Position numbers and translations under genes: made by a program
Source: an uncultured Chloroflexia bacterium
GTDB lineage: Bacteria; Chloroflexota; Anaerolineae; Caldilineales; Caldilineaceae
DNA length: 64,000 bases
Assembly: GCA_963791135.1 (NCBI GenBank)
Contig: CAWBRX010000001.1
Span: 5,463 to 69,462, forward strand
Reading direction: 5' to 3'
Shown: in pieces, positions 45,093-62,042 of the stretch
Numbering within the stretch: the first letter of the stretch is position 1
Layout of the letters: every line of letters begins with the position of its first letter
Notes under the pieces: generated by a model
Database searches by the model: none
What the model was told of the DNA's origin: nothing
The model's input: the letters and a program-made list of their open reading frames with translations, nothing else

Positions 45093-45129
45093 TTTAGAAG
45101 TAGTTTGACGTAGTCCAAAGGAGTTCCTT

Positions 45130-45842
45130 ATGTCTTTCTTGAATGCCGATATCCAGAAGCAGGTCCGTGAAATGTTTGGGGATCTCGATGCACCTGTGAA
45201 CCTGGTCGTCTTCACCCAAGGCGAAGATGCCGTGGAGTGTGAGATGTGCCGCGAGACGCGTGAGCTGTTGGAGGAGGTCGCCTCCCTTTCCGCCAAGCTC
45301 AGTGTCGAGGTCCACGATTTTGTCGCCGATGCCGAGATCGCCGCTGCCTATGGCATCGACAAGATTCCTGCCGTCGCGATCGTCCGTGGCGGCGAAGAGC
45401 CCAAGGATTACGGCATTCGGCTGTACGGCATTCCTTCCGGCTACGAGTTCGGCACCTTGATCGAAGATATCAACATGGTGAGCAAGGGTGATCCGGGCCT
45501 GAGCGCCAAGACGCTGGCCGCGCTGGAGACAGCTGCCTGGGCCGATCGAGATCCAGGTCTTCGTCACCCCCACCTGCCCACACTGCCCGCGTGCCGTACT
45601 GCTGGGGCACAAGCTGGCCATGGCCAGCGACAAGGTGAAGGCCGCCATGGTCGAAGCCACGGAGTTCCCGCACCTGGCCAACAAGTACCAGGTCTACGGG
45701 GTGCCGCGCACGGTTGTGAACGACGTGATCCATGTCGAGGGCGCCGTGCCTGAGTCCATGCTGATGGACAAGACTGGCTGCCCTGGCCGACGACGGCGCC
45801 ATGCTGCGCCTGCGCACGCAGTGGGAAAAGAACCTCAACTAA
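45130..45842 (+). pseudogene. Two-domain thioredoxin-fold protein disulfide oxidoreductase (PDO/glutaredoxin-like), two +1 breaks
   Basis: First half ECEMC, second half TPTCPHCP, then [17 protein letters not shown]. Track 45130.. and 45620.., with the tail ...LRLRTQWEKNLN* in the third frame. Confidence 0.65.
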
Positions 45843-45935
45843 AAGTACTCTCGTTGAGTCCGCACGCACCGTGCGGACTCAACGGAACCATGATCCTGGC
45901 ACACAGGCCAGGAGGAGTGGAGACGTCCATGCGGC

Positions 45936-46538
45936 GTGTCTATCTGGTCGCTATTTGTCTCATTGTTCGTATCCATGTTTGCCCTGGCGGCATGCAGCAG
46001 CAGCAACGGCAACAGCAGCAAGTCTGCCAGCGGGTCTGGCCCCCAGCTGATCACGCTCGCCGATATGCCAGACGGTATCGGGCGCGGCTATCCCACGGCG
46101 GTCGTGGAACAGGGAGCGCAGAGCGGTGCATTCCACGTTGGCGACACGGCACCTAATTTCTGGCTGCAGCTTGAGGACGGGCGCTACGTGCGTCTCTCCG
46201 ATCTGAAGGGCAAACCCGTCGTCATCAATTTCTGGGCCACCTGGTGTCCGCCCTGCCGCGCCGAAATGCCTGAATTTGTTAAAGCCGCTGCCGATGAAGA
46301 CCTTATCGTGCTTGCGGTCAATGACGGGGAAGACCGCAAAGCGGTTGAAGAATTTGCGGCGGCGTTTGGGATGACGATGCCCGTCGTGCTTGACAGCGAT
46401 AGCATGTTAAGCGAGCGCTACCTTGTCCAGGGTCTGCCGACCACCTACTTTGTCGACAGCGAGGGCAAGCTGTCGTCGCTGGCAGTGGGGCAGCTGACGC
46501 CGGAGTCGTTGGACGCCAAGCTGCCGCATACGAACTGA
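45936..46538 (+). CDS. TlpA/ResA-like thiol:disulfide oxidoreductase lipoprotein, copy 1
   Basis: Lipobox FALAAC. GKPVVINFWATWCPPCRAEMPE, GLPTTYFVD. ATG 45929 with a GGAGGAG RBS sits in another frame, so the 5' end may carry an indel. Confidence 0.8.
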   Translation: MSIWSLFVSLFVSMFALAACSSSNGNSSKSASGSGPQLITLADMPDGIGRGYPTAVVEQGAQSGAFHVGDTAPNFWLQLEDGRYVRLSDLKGKPVVINFWATWCPPCRAEMPEFVKAAADEDLIVLAVNDGEDRKAVEEFAAAFGMTMPVVLDSDSMLSERYLVQGLPTTYFVDSEGKLSSLAVGQLTPESLDAKLPHTN

Positions 46539-46647
46539 CAGTTGAAGGCCACCAGCCGGTCGCAGCAGGCGCCCACAGCTCGGCCCACTTTGAGAGTCGA
46601 ACCGTGCGACACCTGCTGCCTCCGCGGCCGCGATCGAATAGCCTGCA

Positions 46648-46685
46648 ATTTTCATTGTTTCTTTGGTGTAAGGAACAATGAAAAT
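46648..46685. repeat. Perfect 12-bp AT-rich inverted repeat (ATTTTCATTGTT-N14-AACAATGAAAAT) about 30 bp upstream of the amylopullulanase promoter
   Basis: Arms 46648-46659 and 46674-46685. Lies in the lowest-GC stretch of this region. Possible operator or terminator of the TlpA-like gene. Confidence 0.5.
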
Positions 46686-46713
46686 ATGTTATATTCTACG
46701 TGCCTCACCTGTA

Positions 46714-46742
46714 TTGACTTTCCGTGTAATCCCGCCTACAAT
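46714..46742 (+). promoter_or_regulatory. Near-consensus sigma-70 promoter TTGACT-N17-TACAAT
   Basis: -35 at 46714-46719, a 17-nt spacer, and -10 at 46737-46742. About 126 nt upstream of ATG 46869, which has a TAGGAGGA RBS. Confidence 0.55.
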
Positions 46743-46868
46743 CGGTATACTCATTCCGTTTGGAACATTGCGCATTATCTTAGACGGAGTTTTCTCAGCC
46801 GCTTCCCAGTTCCGCATCATTCCACAAACCCTTAAATCACCCTTCCGTTCCCTTAGGAGGACGACCGT

Positions 46869-54131
<7,263 letters not shown>

Positions 54132-54140
54132 GCAGAAAAA

Positions 54141-54170
54141 GAGGTGGGGGAAGCACGCTTCCCCCACCTC
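54141..54170 (-). terminator. GC-rich perfect hairpin; on the minus strand it is followed by TTTTTCT (intrinsic terminator for the convergent minus-strand gene, possibly bidirectional)
   Basis: GAGGTGGGGGAAGC-AC-GCTTCCCCCACCTC, preceded on the plus strand by AGAAAAA (54134-54140). Confidence 0.65.
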
Positions 54171-54183
54171 TCAGTCCGCACGC

Positions 54184-54216
54184 AGAAACCGAGTTTCTCC
54201 GAGAAACTCGGTTTCT
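54184..54216. repeat. Copy 2 of the palindromic element AGAAACCGAGTTTCTC / GAGAAACTCGGTTTCT
   Basis: Perfect 16-nt arms around a single C (54200). The left arm is identical to 31894-31909. Lies between the convergent genes ending at 54131 and 54232. Confidence 0.7.
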
Positions 54217-54231
54217 TGGGTCATCCGCTGA

Positions 54232-56332
54232 CTACCTTCCAACATCCCACATCGTCACGTTGTCAAACGTGGCCGCGACGTTCGGGCTGGCAAAGCTGCC
54301 AACTGCCAGCGCCAATCGCCCCATCGGCAAACGTATCGTCCACGGCGGTGGCAACAGCCTGCCCGTTGACCAGCGCCGTCAGCTGTGATCCCTCCGCCAG
54401 GACGCCGATGCGGTTCTCTGCCCCCTTCTGGGTCAGCAACTCATCAGTCTTTTCCCCAGGGCGCCAGGGCCTCCCACTTGCCCTTCTCGCCTTCTTCCAG
54501 ATGCTGACACGCCCGGTAGTTATCGATGGCCATGAAATAGAAGTTGTCCTCATCCTGTTTGCGGAACATGATCCCCGACTTCGCCCGGCGTCGTATTGTC
54601 GTCCAGCGTCGTATCCACCTCCAGCAGGAAGTCCACTGCGGGATTCGCCATCTGGCTCCAGGCCAGCCACTGGGCTGCGGTCACAACGATGCGCAGGCGC
54701 CCGCGCTGGACTTCGACGCTGGATGCCGTCGTTGGATCCGGTGCTCCACGTTCCATCATCGCGTGTAAAGCGCGTGTTGTAAGTGGCGTCATTCGTCTTC
54801 ACGTCGTCCGCCCGCGCTTGGGCTGCAGCACAACGCCTCTTCGTCGACCGGCGGCGCAGCCTCGCCTTGCGTCAGAACCCACACGTCCAGATTGTCAAAC
54901 GTCACATCCAGGTCGCCCTGGTCGTAGGTGCCGGCATAGAAACCTGCGCCGCCCGCCGGCAGCGTGGCATCGTGCACAGTCCGCCATCGGCGTGTCGTTG
55001 GCCATCAGCACGAAGCGGTCGCCCTGTGCCAGTACGCCCAACCGATTGGTGTCACCGTCCGCCGTCATGATGGCGTCCGACTTCGTCCAGTCCACCAGTT
55101 TGGTCCACTCGCCTGCCACGACGCGCCAGAACGAGAACGTGCCTTCACTGCTGATGCCAAAGTAGTAATAGTTGTCGTTGTCGACAAACCGCACCATCAG
55201 GCCGTACGTCGCGTCGGATGCGCCCTGCTCGCGGGTCACGTCCGCCTCCACCAGCGCGTCGGCTGGGCTTCAAGTCCGCTACATCCTGGCCTGCCGTCCA
55301 CAGTGCGTAGTATGGCGCCGCGATCTTGATGTTCAGCCCACGGTGGGCGAAGGCGATCTGGCCTTCGTCATACTCGGCCGTCGGCCAGCGGTCGTCCACG
55401 CTGCGGAAATCGTCGCTTACGTCCGGGTTTTCGCTGCGGATCGGATCGATCAGCGTCTGCATCAGCGCTGGGTCGGGGGTCGCCAGCCGGTTGGGCGTGG
55501 CTTCTGCCGTAGGCGCCGATTCTTCTGTAGGTGTGGCTTCCTCGGTTGCGTGACCTCTTCGGGGTGCGCTTCTTCCGTGGGCACGACGGTCGCCTCGCCG
55601 GACGGCGACCAGTACATGAAGTCTTCAAACGCGACCTCGACGCCGGCCTCGGAGAAGCTGCTCGCCATCAGCGCAACCTCGTCCCCTTGGACGGACTCGT
55701 CGGCGGCGGTGGCGAGGACCTGGCCGTTCACCAGCAGGCTGATCTGCTCGCCGAAGGCGAGTAGCCCGACTACGTTGTGGCTGCCTTCACCCTTGTTGAT
55801 AGCCGTCGCCTCTGTCCAGTCAACGATCGACTGCCACTCGCCGTCCAGCCACTTCTGCAGCCGGAAATAGCCGTCGCTGCTTATCCCGTAGGCGTAATAG
55901 TTGTCGCCGTCGTTGCGGAACACAAAGCCAAACTCGTTGTCGAGTGGCCCGGCCACGTGGTAGGTATCCACCTCGACATAGAAGTCGGCGGCGCGTACGG
56001 GACCTCCGCTCCAGCCCAGCATATTGGGCGATGCGATGCCGAATCTGGAAGACGCCGGGACCGTAGCCGCGCGTCAACATCTTCGCTGCTGTTGGTATCC
56101 CAATCGCCCTCATCGGCGTTAAACGAGCTGTGGAACGGCTCACCCGCCGCCTTAATCTCCGCAACACGCGCCAGCACCTCTTCGCTGGCGGCGCTGCCGG
56201 CGTGGTATGGCGGCGCCACTTCACCGCTCTGTGCGGGTGGGTGCTGCAAGACATGCGCCGTAGCTGCGTACACCGGAGTCGCAGCAGGACCAGGCAAAGA
56301 ACAAGCATAAAGGCGTAAACACGCAACTTCAT
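54232..56332 (-). pseudogene. Secreted protein with three tandem ConA/LamG-like beta-sandwich repeats (multiple frame breaks)
   Basis: AGGAGG RBS before ATG 56332; signal MKLRVYAFMLVLC. Repeat cores FGFVFRNDGDNYYAYGISSDGYFRLQKWLDGEWQSIVDWT; YGLMVRFVDNDNYYYFGISSEGTFSFWRVVAGEWTKLVDWT; a third copy ends ...VAATFDNVTMWDVGR* (stop 54232-54234). Confidence 0.6.
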
Positions 56333-57039
56333 ACGTCCTCCTGAAGGTAAGTTTGGACATCGGGCCTCTGCCTATCTGCCACACGGTAGCACAATCATGT
56401 TGAGCTGCTAATAGAAGCTTCCAAAGATATCCCTGAAATCGCTATGTCATACGATTGTATTCAAGTGCGACATGATCTGATCCTGTATTTGCTGCGCATC
56501 GAAACTCTCAACGACAGCAGGTGCACGCAGCGATGCAGGCAACGCCTGGCAGCTGGTCGCCTAACTACTCGAGTAAGCTGCAGCTGAAATGGCATAGTTT
56601 GCACTTGCCGCTGATTGCTGCGGACATTGCGGTGTCAACTGCAAGCATAGAGCGGCAAGTTACGTTCTGCACAGGCAGAGTTGAAAAGGGCCTCAGCTTC
56701 TGCTGCCAGGGGCAGAAGCTCTTCATTATCCTGCCAGTGCGCGACTAACAGTACGGCTCAATGCTCCTTTCAGAGAGACACGGCGTTCAGGGTTGTGGGA
56801 GGAGAGGGGAGATTATTCAACATCGGCGAGGGAGCCAACAATGCTTCTTCCACATAGCGCGGGCTGCCAGAATACGCAGCGCGCTTCCAATCCTATACGG
56901 CTGCATGCACGCTTGACTTACCCATAGGAATGCCACGGATGTTGCGATTCTCTGCATCTATGTCAGTTATTGCCTGGCGATGGCGGGCCGAGCATGGCAC
57001 CACGTGACACCAAGCGGCAATAATACGCTAGGAGTGGTG

Positions 57040-59525
57040 CCAAGTCTATCCTAACACCGGCGACAGTATTCCTGACAAGAAGTGGACGCAGATTACGAGC
57101 GACGATGCGGTCAAGGAGTGGGATGCCTCATGGTCGCCCGACGGCCGGCATCTTGCAGTCGAGCGCGACACGCAGCTGTGGTTAATGGATGTCGACGGCG
57201 GCAACGAACAGCAGCTGGGCAGCCAGATCATTCGCTTTGTCGCCTGGTCGCCTGATGGCAAGACCATTGCTTATGAGTCGCTTGCAGCGTCGAACGAAGC
57301 GAGAGCTACTGGGATATCTGGGCTGTGGATGCAGATGGCGCCAACCCGCGCAACTTGACCAATGACCCGAGTTGGTACGAAGTAAACCCTGCCTGGTCAC
57401 CCGACAGCCGTTCCATTATCTACAATGCCTCCTCAACGCTGGACGGGTCGAGCGCTATCTGGATCTTGGACATGGTCAGCGGCGAGAAGCGCAAGGTCAT
57501 CGACAAAGGCGACAACGTGCAGCCGATCTGGTCGCAGAGTCACACCAACAGCGAGCACCGGTGGAGGCAAGCCTGGAAGCGGCGAAGTGCAGGGGTCGAC
57601 GGGCCGGCTGGTTCCAGACGGCCGGTTTCATCCTTGACGGCAGCCTATGGACCATTCAGGCCGATGGCTCCGGGCTGCGCCGGCTGACACTGAAGAGGAC
57701 GGGAGTGTATCCGCCTCTGCCTGGGCGACGATGGCTCGGCGTTAGCCTTCATTGCCCAGAAGGATGGGAAGTCCCCGCGCTGCTGCGCATGGACGTGCCG
57801 ATCATGCACAGCGCAGGTGCTGTGACTAGCACTTTGACGAGCACCGTGTCAACTACCATAACCGGTACTGTCGTGAAGATTCTGGACGATGTGAAGCTGG
57901 GCAAGCTTGCCTGGTCCGGCAGCAAGATTGTGCTGCTTTCGTCGCGACAGGCATCAGGCGGAGGATGCTGGCTATGTGTTTGAAGATGAGCTGACTATTA
58001 TCGACCTGGCGGTAGACCCGCCGGCCCAGACGTCCGTGCGCGGCGGATGGCAGATGCTCGCCACTGAAGCGGGTGAGTACAGCTATGTCACCGTCTCGCC
58101 AGACAGGGCAATGGATCTACTTCGCCGATGCTAACGTATACGGTCTGGCCACCATGGACGGCGCCGCGGTCGACTTTCATCGATGCAAGACTTACTACTG
58201 GCAGTTTGGACAGTGGAAGGCGAAGCCAACCGCACTCACATTTACGCAGTACGACAATGAAAGCAATGATCCTGGCGGACGCAGCATACTCAGCTAGCGC
58301 CGGAAACAGGTGAAGCTTCTGCGTTCTTTGGTGCGCATGCCGAATATGTCATTTCACCGCTGATGGCAAATGGGCGGCCATTGCCGATCCAAATCTCAAG
58401 CTGCTGGATGGCGATGGTGAGCAAGTGAGGCTGCTCAGCTCTGTGCGCGCCGGAGATCTGCGCTGGTCGCCCTGGGGCGACGCACTTCTATACCGCCGCA
58501 CCGTTTCTGACCCCGAACTCTTCGGTGCGTCCAAGATGGAATCAGAACTGGAAAAACCGATCGGCTACGATGTTATTACTGTGGACGGGAAGTATCAACA
58601 GCTCCTCCTGCCCAACGACGTCGAGGATCTTGCTTGGCGTCTCGCTTTGCCGCTGCGGATGCTGCTCTATATCAGCTGCCAACAATCAAGAAGAGCTTCG
58701 CCACTTTGCCTTTGGTGGCTGGCCGGACGGCGAGTGGAAGCATAGCTGGCACTGGCGCGGCCAGCGCAGCAATGCTAAGGCTAGACGAAATCGGCATCGT
58801 GGCAGCCGAGCCGCTCAATTTCCGTGCCGCCCTGTCAACCGGGGCTAAGGTAATCGACCAACTCAAGCAGGGCTCACAGGTTGTAATTCTTGAGCGCTCG
58901 CCCGATGGCCAGTGGCTGCACGTGCGCATCCCACGTGGTTTGGAAGGCTGGCTGTCTGCCGAGTTTCGTCACGCTCGCGCGGCAGGGCAGAGCGCAGGCT
59001 GAGAGCAATGGCGGTTCATCTGCTGCGCCTGCAACTGCGCAGGCGGCCAGCTGTGCAACAAGTGCTGACGAACAATTGGTCGCGCTGGGACGAGGCAACA
59101 TTAGGCTGTGCGACTGCGCCGGCCGCATATGTTTGGGCGGCGTGGCAGCCTTTTGAGCGTGGCGCAATGCTCTGGCGGAAGACACACACCAGATTTATGT
59201 CATCGGCGGCGGTGGAACGTGGCGCAGCACGGCAGACGTGTGGAATGGCTCACATTGTAGGGCGGCGCGGGTAATCCACCGCGTCACGCCAGGCGCCAGC
59301 GCGGCATCGGCTATGTGTGGGAGAACGACGACAGCATCTTTGACACTCTCGGTTGGGCCGTCGACAAAGAGCGCGGTACCTGCGTGCTCCTACAGCAATT
59401 CGAGGCCGGCGAACTGCTGCGCAGCACCGGCTCTGGCTGCGCCAATGGGCTGTACAGCACGGCCAGGAACCTGGCTTTTCGCTCAATAGGTGGCGGAGTT
59501 CGATTCTGCGCGCTACGTGCGCTAG
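57040..59525 (+). pseudogene. PD40 beta-propeller + SH3b + uncharacterised C-terminal domain protein; heavily frame-broken, no identifiable start or signal peptide
   Basis: ASWSPDGRHLAV, VAWSPDGKTIAY, PAWSPDSRSIIY. SH3b: LNFRAALSTGAKVIDQLKQGSQVVILERSPDGQWLHVRIPRGLEGWL. C-terminal LGCATAPAAYVWAAWQPFERGAMLWR...YVWENDDSIFDTLGWAVDKERGTCVLLQQFEAGELLRS. Confidence 0.5.
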
Positions 59526-59582
59526 GAAGTGGTATGATGCACCAGTTCACGTTCCCTGTAACCGGAAGGTGTCGCAAATCGC

Positions 59583-60131
59583 ATGGCCCTGACTGCAACG
59601 ATCTACCAATTCACCGTCGAGCTCTCTGACGTGGACCGCGGAGTCTACGAGACGCTGGACCTGCGCGTGGCGCGCCAGCCCTCGGAGTCCGCCGAGTACA
59701 TGGTCACCCGCGTGCTCGCCTACTGCCTCGAATACGCCGATGGTATCGCCTTCACCCAGGGCGTCGCCGCCAAGGATGAGCCGGCCGTCTGGGTGCGCGA
59801 CCCGACCGGCAGACTGCTAGCCTGGATCGAGGTCGGCCTGCCCGATGCCGAGCGCCTGCATCGCGGCAGCCGGGCCGCCGACCGTGTCGCCGTCTACACC
59901 CATCGCGATGTGGAGCAGTTCCAAAAGCAGCTCGCCGGCAAGCGCATCTTCCGCGCCGAGGAGATCCCGATCTACGCCCTCGAACGCCGCTTTGTCGAAG
60001 ATCTTGCCGCCCTGGTCGACCGCCGCACGAACCTCGCCATCACCGTCACCGAGGGCCAACTTTTTGTCACGATCGGCAGCCAGGCGCTGCATACGCAGGT
60101 GACAGAGTACCGCATCCCGCAAGACGCATAG
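59583..60131 (+). CDS. yaeQ: YaeQ-family protein (PD-(D/E)XK-like fold)
   Basis: Intact 182 aa. MALTATIYQFTVELSDVDRGVYETLDLRVARQPSES..YMVTRVLAYCLEY... Confidence 0.7.
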   Translation: MALTATIYQFTVELSDVDRGVYETLDLRVARQPSESAEYMVTRVLAYCLEYADGIAFTQGVAAKDEPAVWVRDPTGRLLAWIEVGLPDAERLHRGSRAADRVAVYTHRDVEQFQKQLAGKRIFRAEEIPIYALERRFVEDLAALVDRRTNLAITVTEGQLFVTIGSQALHTQVTEYRIPQDA

Positions 60132-60169
60132 CCCCGCAAGGTTGACGAAAACGCCTGCCCCACATTAGG

Positions 60170-60800
60170 ATGTCATGCATGCTGCACCTGAACACTCGTT
60201 GGCGCCGCGCTTGCACCGTCGCCCTTGGCCTGCTGCTCACACTCCTCGTGCTTAGCGCCTGCGGCGCCACGAGTGGCGCGTGCCAGCAGGAAAAACAGGC
60301 CGATCGCCCTGGCGGATCTGCCCGCGGGCCTCGGCCGCGGCTACCCGGTTGCGCAGGTGGACACGCAGCCGGCTCCCGGCGGGCTGCTCAAGCAGGGCGA
60401 GGCTGCTCCCGATTTCGCCATGGTCCTCGACGACGGCCGCTACCTGCGGCTGTCCGACCTGCAGGGCAAGCCGGTGGTGCTCAACTTCTGGGCGACCTGG
60501 TGCGGCCCCTGCCGCCTCGAGATGCCCGAACTCGTCAAGGCCGCCGACGCGAACCAGGACCTGGTCGTGCTGGCTGCCGACGTGCAGGAGGCCCGCTCCC
60601 CGGTTGAGGACTTTGCCGCCGAATTCAAGATGAACCTGCCGATCGTGCTCGACAAGGACGGCAAGGTGCGCAGTCTCTACCGGGTACCCGGTTTGCCCAC
60701 CACCTACTTCATCGACAAGACCGGCAAAATCGCTTCCGTCGTCGTCGGCCCCCTGACCCCCCAGGTGCTTGCCGATCGCCTGGCCGAGATCCAGTCGTGA
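60170..60800 (+). pseudogene. TlpA/ResA-like thiol:disulfide oxidoreductase lipoprotein, copy 2 (one +1 break after the lipobox)
   Basis: Signal ALGLLLTLLVLSAC in ORF 60170..; body in ORF 60225..60800. GKPVVLNFWATWCGPCRLEMPE, GLPTTYFID. Colinear with copy 1 (ALADLPAGLGRGYP vs TLADMPDGIGRGYP). Confidence 0.75.
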
Positions 60801-60828
60801 CCTCAATGCACAGGCGGAACAGGTGGCC

Positions 60829-61173
60829 ATGGCGCGCACTGTAACCCAATCAGAACGCGTAGAGGGCGAGCGCAGCCAGGCGGTCATGCAGCCGCAGCCC
60901 GTTGTCGACCGGCTCTACCGGCTGCAGCCCGCCGATCTTGGCGGCGTCAATGCGCGCCCGCGCCGCGCGACGGTACGCTTTGTCGGCACGCAAGGCATCG
61001 AACGGCCCGCCCCCGTCCTTCACTTCCAGGGCATCGCCAAGCCGCTCATATTGGACGCCGCCAATGTAACCGCCATGGCCGCCCTGGCCGGCAGCCCGCT
61101 CCAGCGCGACTGGCTGGGCAAAGATGTTGTGCTCGCCGTCGTCGGCCAAGCAACGAACAGGACATTCCGGTGA
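60829..61173 (+). CDS. Hypothetical protein (possibly continues through an in-frame TGA to 61407)
   Basis: MARTVTQSERVEGERS...; part of track ORF 60769..61173. The same frame stays open after TGA 61171-61173 for 77 codons, including a TM helix AAVVFLVLLAVAYGVVYVI. Confidence 0.3.
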   Translation: MARTVTQSERVEGERSQAVMQPQPVVDRLYRLQPADLGGVNARPRRATVRFVGTQGIERPAPVLHFQGIAKPLILDAANVTAMAALAGSPLQRDWLGKDVVLAVVGQATNRTFR

Positions 61174-61543
61174 TCCGCCTCTTTGCGCCCTGGCGACCCT
61201 GCCCTCGCCGGGTTCCGACGCAAAAGTGTCCAGGCAGAACACGCCAGGACCCGCAGCATTTATCTCCGCCAGGCCATGCGTGCGGCCGTTGTGTTCCTCG
61301 TGCTGCTTGCTGTCGCCTATGGCGTCGTCTACGTGATCGACAACTGGGCTGCTCTCGCTGGCGGCCGTCCTCGCCTTCGTCAGCGCCCTTCGCAGCTGAT
61401 CGCATAGTGCCAGGTTCGCACCACAAGGTTGCGGATAGGCCAGGCCCCATCGATCGGAGCACCGGCTACTGACCCGCCGCGCAGTGTCCCGCTAAAATCG
61501 CCGCAAAGCTTATGCAAAACCCGTTCGTAAAAGAGGATTCCGC

Positions 61544-62042
61544 ATGCAGCTGAATATCAACGGGGCGCCCGTCGAGGTGACAGCCGGGCCGGGTGATCTC
61601 CTGCTCTGGGTGCTGCGCGACGAATTGGGGATGATCGGCACGCGTTTTGGCTGCGGCGCCGGTATCTGCGGCGCCTGCACCGTCCATGTCGACGGCGTCG
61701 CCACCCGTTCCTGTATTACCCCGCTGGCCCTGGTCGAGGGTAAACAGATACGTACGATCGAGGGCATGGCTGCGGCGGACGCCGACGGCACGTTTGTCCT
61801 GCACCCGCTCCAGCAGGCCTTTATCGACGTCCAAGTACCCCAGTGTGCCTGGTGCATGAGCGGCCAGATCATGACCGCCGCCGCCTTTCTCGCCCAGAAT
61901 CCATCCCCCAGCGAGGACGAGATCGTCGACGCTATGGGCAACAACTACTGCCGCTGCGGCTGCTACGCCCGCATCAAGCGCGCCGTCGCCCAGGCGGCAG
62001 AACAGATGGCCGCCGGCAGCCTTCGAGGAGGTGGCAGCATGA
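61544..62042 (+). pseudogene. (2Fe-2S)-binding small subunit of an IorA/aldehyde-oxidoreductase-type molybdoenzyme (+1 break near the 3' end)
   Basis: GCGAGICGACTVHVDG, CxxxxxC...QCAWCMSGQIM, YCRCGCYARI. A reconstructed tail ...AAFEEVAA* stops at 62040-62042, overlapping the next ATG (ATGA). Confidence 0.8.

Noticed and set aside
46743-46868. The amylopullulanase leader as a known riboswitch.
   Set aside because: No conserved riboswitch motif was recognised, so it is kept only as a generic 'long leader' observation.
56521-56748. Track ORF 56521..56748 (75 aa) as a real gene in the long intergenic region.
   Set aside because: It has no RBS, atypical Cys/Leu/Ser-rich composition for this genome, lower GC and no recognisable motif.
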